Shown here: positions 33,528 through 36,274 of the stretch, in pieces
How positions within the stretch are numbered: the stretch's first letter is position 1
Layout of the letters: each line of letters starts with the position of its first letter
Assembly (NCBI GenBank): GCA_028684255.1
Contig: JAQUGJ010000002.1
Coordinates: 1-36,274 of the forward strand
Source of the DNA: Bacilli bacterium
Lineage (GTDB): Bacteria; Bacillota_I; Bacilli_A; RF39; UBA660
Reading direction: 5' to 3'
DNA: 36,274 nucleotides
Notes under the pieces: model-generated
Told to the model about the DNA's origin: nothing
The model's input: the letters and a program-made list of their open reading frames with translations, nothing else
The model's database searches: none
Made by a program: the position numbers and the translations under genes

Positions 33528-33550
33528 AAAGAACAGTAATGTTCTTTTTT
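33528..33550 (+). terminator. Rho-independent terminator closing the capsule region
   Basis: AAAGAACA (33528-33535) pairs with TGTTCTTT (33540-33547) around loop GTAA. TTT follows. Confidence 0.7.
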
Positions 33551-33730
33551 ATGTAGACATTTGATGTTTGCTCTTTAGTACAATCCATTCTTTAAAGATT
33601 TATATATACTTGATTTTGAAGACTTAATAAAGAAGTATAAATCAAAAATTTATTAAAAAAAAAAGTAATTAATAAACTTAAAAAGATGTTAAAAAAACTA
33701 ATTAAAGTCAATTTCAAGCGACTTTTTTTA

Positions 33731-33759
33731 TGGACTTATTGTTGTTTATAATGTATAAT
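33731..33759 (+). promoter_or_regulatory. Promoter candidate for trmH-rimM-trmD
   Basis: TGGACT (33731-33736), 17-nt spacer, TATAAT (33754-33759). Confidence 0.4.
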
Positions 33760-33778
33760 ATAAATTGGTGATTTGAAA

Positions 33779-34507
33779 ATGGTTTATACTTCAAACGAAA
33801 ATTCTTTAATAAAAGAAATTAAAAAACTTAATACCAAAAAGTATAGAGACTTATCGGACAATTTTTTGGTAGAAGGTAAGAATCTAGTTACTCTAGCGTA
33901 TCAAAATGGATACTTAAAAACCTTGATACTTTTAGAAGGAACCGAGTTTGAATTAGATATTGAAACAATAGTAGTTGACTCTAAAGTAATGAAGTATATA
34001 ACCGAACTAGATAGTCCAACTAAAATAGTTGGAGTATGTATGAAAAAAAGAGATATTGTCAAAGGTAATAAAATATTAGTTTTAGATAATATTCAAGATC
34101 CTGGTAATTTAGGAACTATAATAAGAAGTGCTGTAGCGTTTAATATCGATACAATTATCTTAAGTGAAGATACTGTTGATTTATATAATTCTAAAGTGTT
34201 AAGAAGTACTCAAGGATTACTTTTTAATATTAATATTGTAATAACGGATATTAAAAGTATGATTATGCATTTAAAAAACATTGGATATAAAATATATACG
34301 ACAAAAGTAGAAGATGGAAACGAATTAAAAAATATTGAGTTTAGTTCTAAATTCGTTATCGTTATGGGTAATGAAGGTCATGGTATAAGTGAAGATATAC
34401 AAAACTTAAGTGACGAATATATTTATATTAAAATGAGTGAAAAATGCGAAAGCTTAAATGTGGGTGTTGCAACAAGTATTATTTTATATGAGGTAGGTGA
34501 CTTATGA
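33779..34507 (+). CDS. SpoU/TrmH-family RNA 2'-O-methyltransferase
   Basis: LVLDNIQDPGNLGTIIRSA, VIVMGNEGHGIS and LNVGVATSIILYE (SPOUT knot motifs). ATG 33779 lies 7 nt after GGTGA. Confidence 0.85.
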   Translation: MVYTSNENSLIKEIKKLNTKKYRDLSDNFLVEGKNLVTLAYQNGYLKTLILLEGTEFELDIETIVVDSKVMKYITELDSPTKIVGVCMKKRDIVKGNKILVLDNIQDPGNLGTIIRSAVAFNIDTIILSEDTVDLYNSKVLRSTQGLLFNINIVITDIKSMIMHLKNIGYKIYTTKVEDGNELKNIEFSSKFVIVMGNEGHGISEDIQNLSDEYIYIKMSEKCESLNVGVATSIILYEVGDL

Positions 34508-34989
34508 GATTAGTGTATATTGGTGAATTAGTAAATACTCATGGGTTAAAAGGAGAAGTTAGAATTATATCTTCTTTTAAATATAAAGAAGATGTATTTA
34601 AAAAAGATAATAATTTATATATTTTAAATAATCCATTAAAAATTAAAACTTATAGGGTCCATAAAAATTATGATATGGTAACTTTTGAAGGTATAAATTG
34701 CATTGAAGATGTTTTAATGTACAAAGGTGAAGAAGTATATGTCGATCGTGATGAATTTGATTTCGGGGTTATTAATGACGATTTAATCGGATTAGATGTA
34801 TATGATGATGATAAATTAATAGGTAAGGTAGATTCTATAATGAGTGGCCCTAATCAAGAAATATTAGTGATAAAAAGTAATAATAAAAAACATTTAGTAC
34901 CAAATGTCTTAAATTTTATAAAAAAAGTAGACATAGACGAAAAAAAAATATATATTAATGTAATTGAGGGATTGTTAGATGAAAATTGA
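34504..34989 (+). CDS. rimM: 16S rRNA processing protein RimM
   Basis: IGELVNTHGLKGEVRI and a PRC-barrel C-terminus (DLIGLDVYDD..LGKV). Position before trmD. ATGA overlap with trmH. Confidence 0.9.
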   Translation: MRLVYIGELVNTHGLKGEVRIISSFKYKEDVFKKDNNLYILNNPLKIKTYRVHKNYDMVTFEGINCIEDVLMYKGEEVYVDRDEFDFGVINDDLIGLDVYDDDKLIGKVDSIMSGPNQEILVIKSNNKKHLVPNVLNFIKKVDIDEKKIYINVIEGLLDEN

Positions 34990-35644
34990 TGTTTTAACTT
35001 TATTCCCTAATATGTATACTAATTTTTTAACTGAATCAATTATTAAAAGAGCAATTCAAAATAAATTAGTAGAAATAAACATTTATAATATAAGAGATTA
35101 TTCAGTTGATCCTCATAAAAGAGTAGATGATTATGGCTATGGTGGAGGAGACGGAATGGTATTAATGCCAGATCCGATCTTCAGAGCTATCGATGATTTA
35201 AAAAAAGATGACTCATTTATTATATTAATGACACCACAAGGGAAAAAGTATGAGCAAAAAATAGCATATGATTTAAGTAAATTAAAGCATATAATAATTA
35301 TATGTGGACATTATGAAGGTTTTGATGAAAGAATAAGAACTTTAGTTAATTTAGAACTCAGTATTGGAGATTATATATTAACAGGTGGCGAAATACCAAG
35401 TATGGTAATTATGGATAGCGTTATAAGATTAATTGATGGTGTAATATCGTCAGAATCACATCAAAACGACTCATTTAACAATGATTTATTGGATTATCCA
35501 GTTTATACCCATCCATCAATATACCGTGGTATGGAAGTGCCTGATGTCTTATTATCTGGACATCATGAAAATATTCGCAAATGGAGATATGAACAACAAG
35601 TAGCTAAAACAAAAGAACGTAGACCAGATTTATTTAAGGAGTGA
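34979..35644 (+). CDS. trmD: tRNA (guanine37-N1)-methyltransferase TrmD
   Basis: IDVLTLFPNM, DDYGYGGGDGMVL, CGHYEGFDERI, SIGDYILTGGE and LLSGHHENIRKWR. Confidence 0.95.
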   Translation: MKIDVLTLFPNMYTNFLTESIIKRAIQNKLVEINIYNIRDYSVDPHKRVDDYGYGGGDGMVLMPDPIFRAIDDLKKDDSFIILMTPQGKKYEQKIAYDLSKLKHIIIICGHYEGFDERIRTLVNLELSIGDYILTGGEIPSMVIMDSVIRLIDGVISSESHQNDSFNNDLLDYPVYTHPSIYRGMEVPDVLLSGHHENIRKWRYEQQVAKTKERRPDLFKE

Positions 35645-35650
35645 TTTTTT

Positions 35651-36130
35651 ATGAACTCAAAAAATTATTTATTGATAAGAGATGTTAAAACTAAAGAAAT
35701 AACTTATGTAGATTACAATAAGGAAAAAGGTTATCTCTTCTCACCTAAAAAAGGTGTTAATTTTGATGGAGTTAGCATTAATAAAATGATTGTTATAAAA
35801 CCATCTTTTGTCGATAAAATTTTGAGAAGAAAAATTAAAAATAAACTGGAACTTTATTTAGAATACATAATTAAATTACTTGAGAATGATGATGATACAG
35901 ATATTACAGGACTTAGAAGTGCTCTAAATGACTTAACGCGATATCACGATATTGTTAAATTTCAATATGGTAAGTATTTAGATGAAAGATATTTAGAGCT
36001 ATTCTTAAAAAAAATTAAATTGTTAGAAAAAGAATTGCAAGCTCAAATAGTTAATTATCGAGACATTATGTTAGAATCAATTAAGAAAGAAGACACAAAA
36101 GAAGAAGAAATTAATAGAAGAAGTAGGTAA
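35651..36130 (+). CDS. Hypothetical protein (159 aa, helical/coiled-coil C-terminal half)
   Basis: Clean ORF that starts 7 nt after the trmD stop. No motif I recognise. It sits between trmD and rplS, which are usually adjacent. Confidence 0.5.
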   Translation: MNSKNYLLIRDVKTKEITYVDYNKEKGYLFSPKKGVNFDGVSINKMIVIKPSFVDKILRRKIKNKLELYLEYIIKLLENDDDTDITGLRSALNDLTRYHDIVKFQYGKYLDERYLELFLKKIKLLEKELQAQIVNYRDIMLESIKKEDTKEEEINRRSR

Positions 36131-36136
36131 AAAAAC

Positions 36137-36165
36137 TTGATATTGTGTTTAATCTATGATAGAAT
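36137..36165 (+). promoter_or_regulatory. Promoter for rplS
   Basis: TTGATA (36137-36142), 17-nt spacer containing TGa (extended -10), TAGAAT (36160-36165). Confidence 0.5.
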
Positions 36166-36226
36166 TAAAAAGTGATCCGCTATATGGAATATGATCATAT
36201 TAAATAAATAGGAAGAGAGTGATATT

Positions 36227-36274
36227 GTGAACATCGTTGAAAAAATTACAAAAGCACAAATTCGCCAAGATTTA
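36227..36274 (+). CDS. rplS: 50S ribosomal protein L19, N-terminal 16 codons (3' end off-window)
   Basis: GTG start 7 nt after GGAAGAGAG. VNIVEKITKAQIRQDL matches the L19 N-terminus (compare B. subtilis ...LIEDITKEQLRTDLP). The position after trmD is conserved synteny. Confidence 0.8.
   Translation, partial: MNIVEKITKAQIRQDL

Noticed and set aside
1-36274. Possibility of Mollicutes-type genetic code 4 (TGA = Trp), given the extreme AT content.
   Set aside because: TGA ends mraY, Nudix, wzx, trmH, rimM and trmD exactly where homologues end. Trp is encoded by TGG, and peptidoglycan genes are present.
1-36274. Search for CRISPR arrays, tRNA/rRNA genes and IS inverted repeats in the intergenic regions.
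   Set aside because: Apart from the 45-bp promoter duplicate, I saw no regularly spaced direct repeats, no GC-rich cloverleaf-capable segments and no transposase. I cannot exclude short elements without a computational scan.

Overview
This is a very AT-rich chromosome segment (about 25-30% GC by eye) of Bacillota (low-GC Gram-positive) type. It uses the standard genetic code: TGA acts as a stop at mraY, Nudix, wzx, trmH, rimM and trmD. Every credible gene is on the + strand, and I saw no tRNA, rRNA or CRISPR array. From left to right the window contains six parts. (1) 22 nt of Illumina adapter, which is a contig-end artefact. (2) The right-hand end of an inserted element: a PMM/PGM 3' end, a 47-codon ORF and a large serine recombinase. 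This element abuts and truncates a SpoVD/PBP2B-class penicillin-binding-protein gene, of which only the KTG-box plus PASTA 3' third is present. (3) A remodelled dcw-type cell-wall cluster. The usual murE/murF slot between the PBP gene and mraY-ftsW holds an alanine-racemase homologue, an Asl-like ATP-grasp ligase, a MOP flippase and an orphan pseudopilin fused to beta-sandwich/LamG domains. (4) A translationally coupled trio of ADP-ribosylglycohydrolase, Nudix and Fe-S family-4-like UDG. (5) A Wzx/Wzy-type capsule/EPS region of about 21 kb, with a priming transferase, five or six glycosyltransferases, Wzy, two paralogous pyruvyl-transferase/FrhB-like pairs, and cpsC-D-B at the 3' end. This region is interrupted by a dockerin-protein/cohesin-scaffold gene pair and also carries VanZ, a membrane-anchored SNase nuclease and an unusual sortase-fold protein. 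A 45-bp promoter cassette is duplicated in front of the first capsule operon and in front of the dockerin/cohesin operon. (6) Housekeeping genes trmH-rimM-trmD-orf-rplS. The best candidates for something undescribed are the recombinase-split PBP gene, the racemase/ATP-grasp/flippase/pseudopilin-LamG module inside the dcw cluster, and the co-regulated cohesin-dockerin pair embedded in the capsule locus. All functional calls come from reading motifs by eye. No database search was run.
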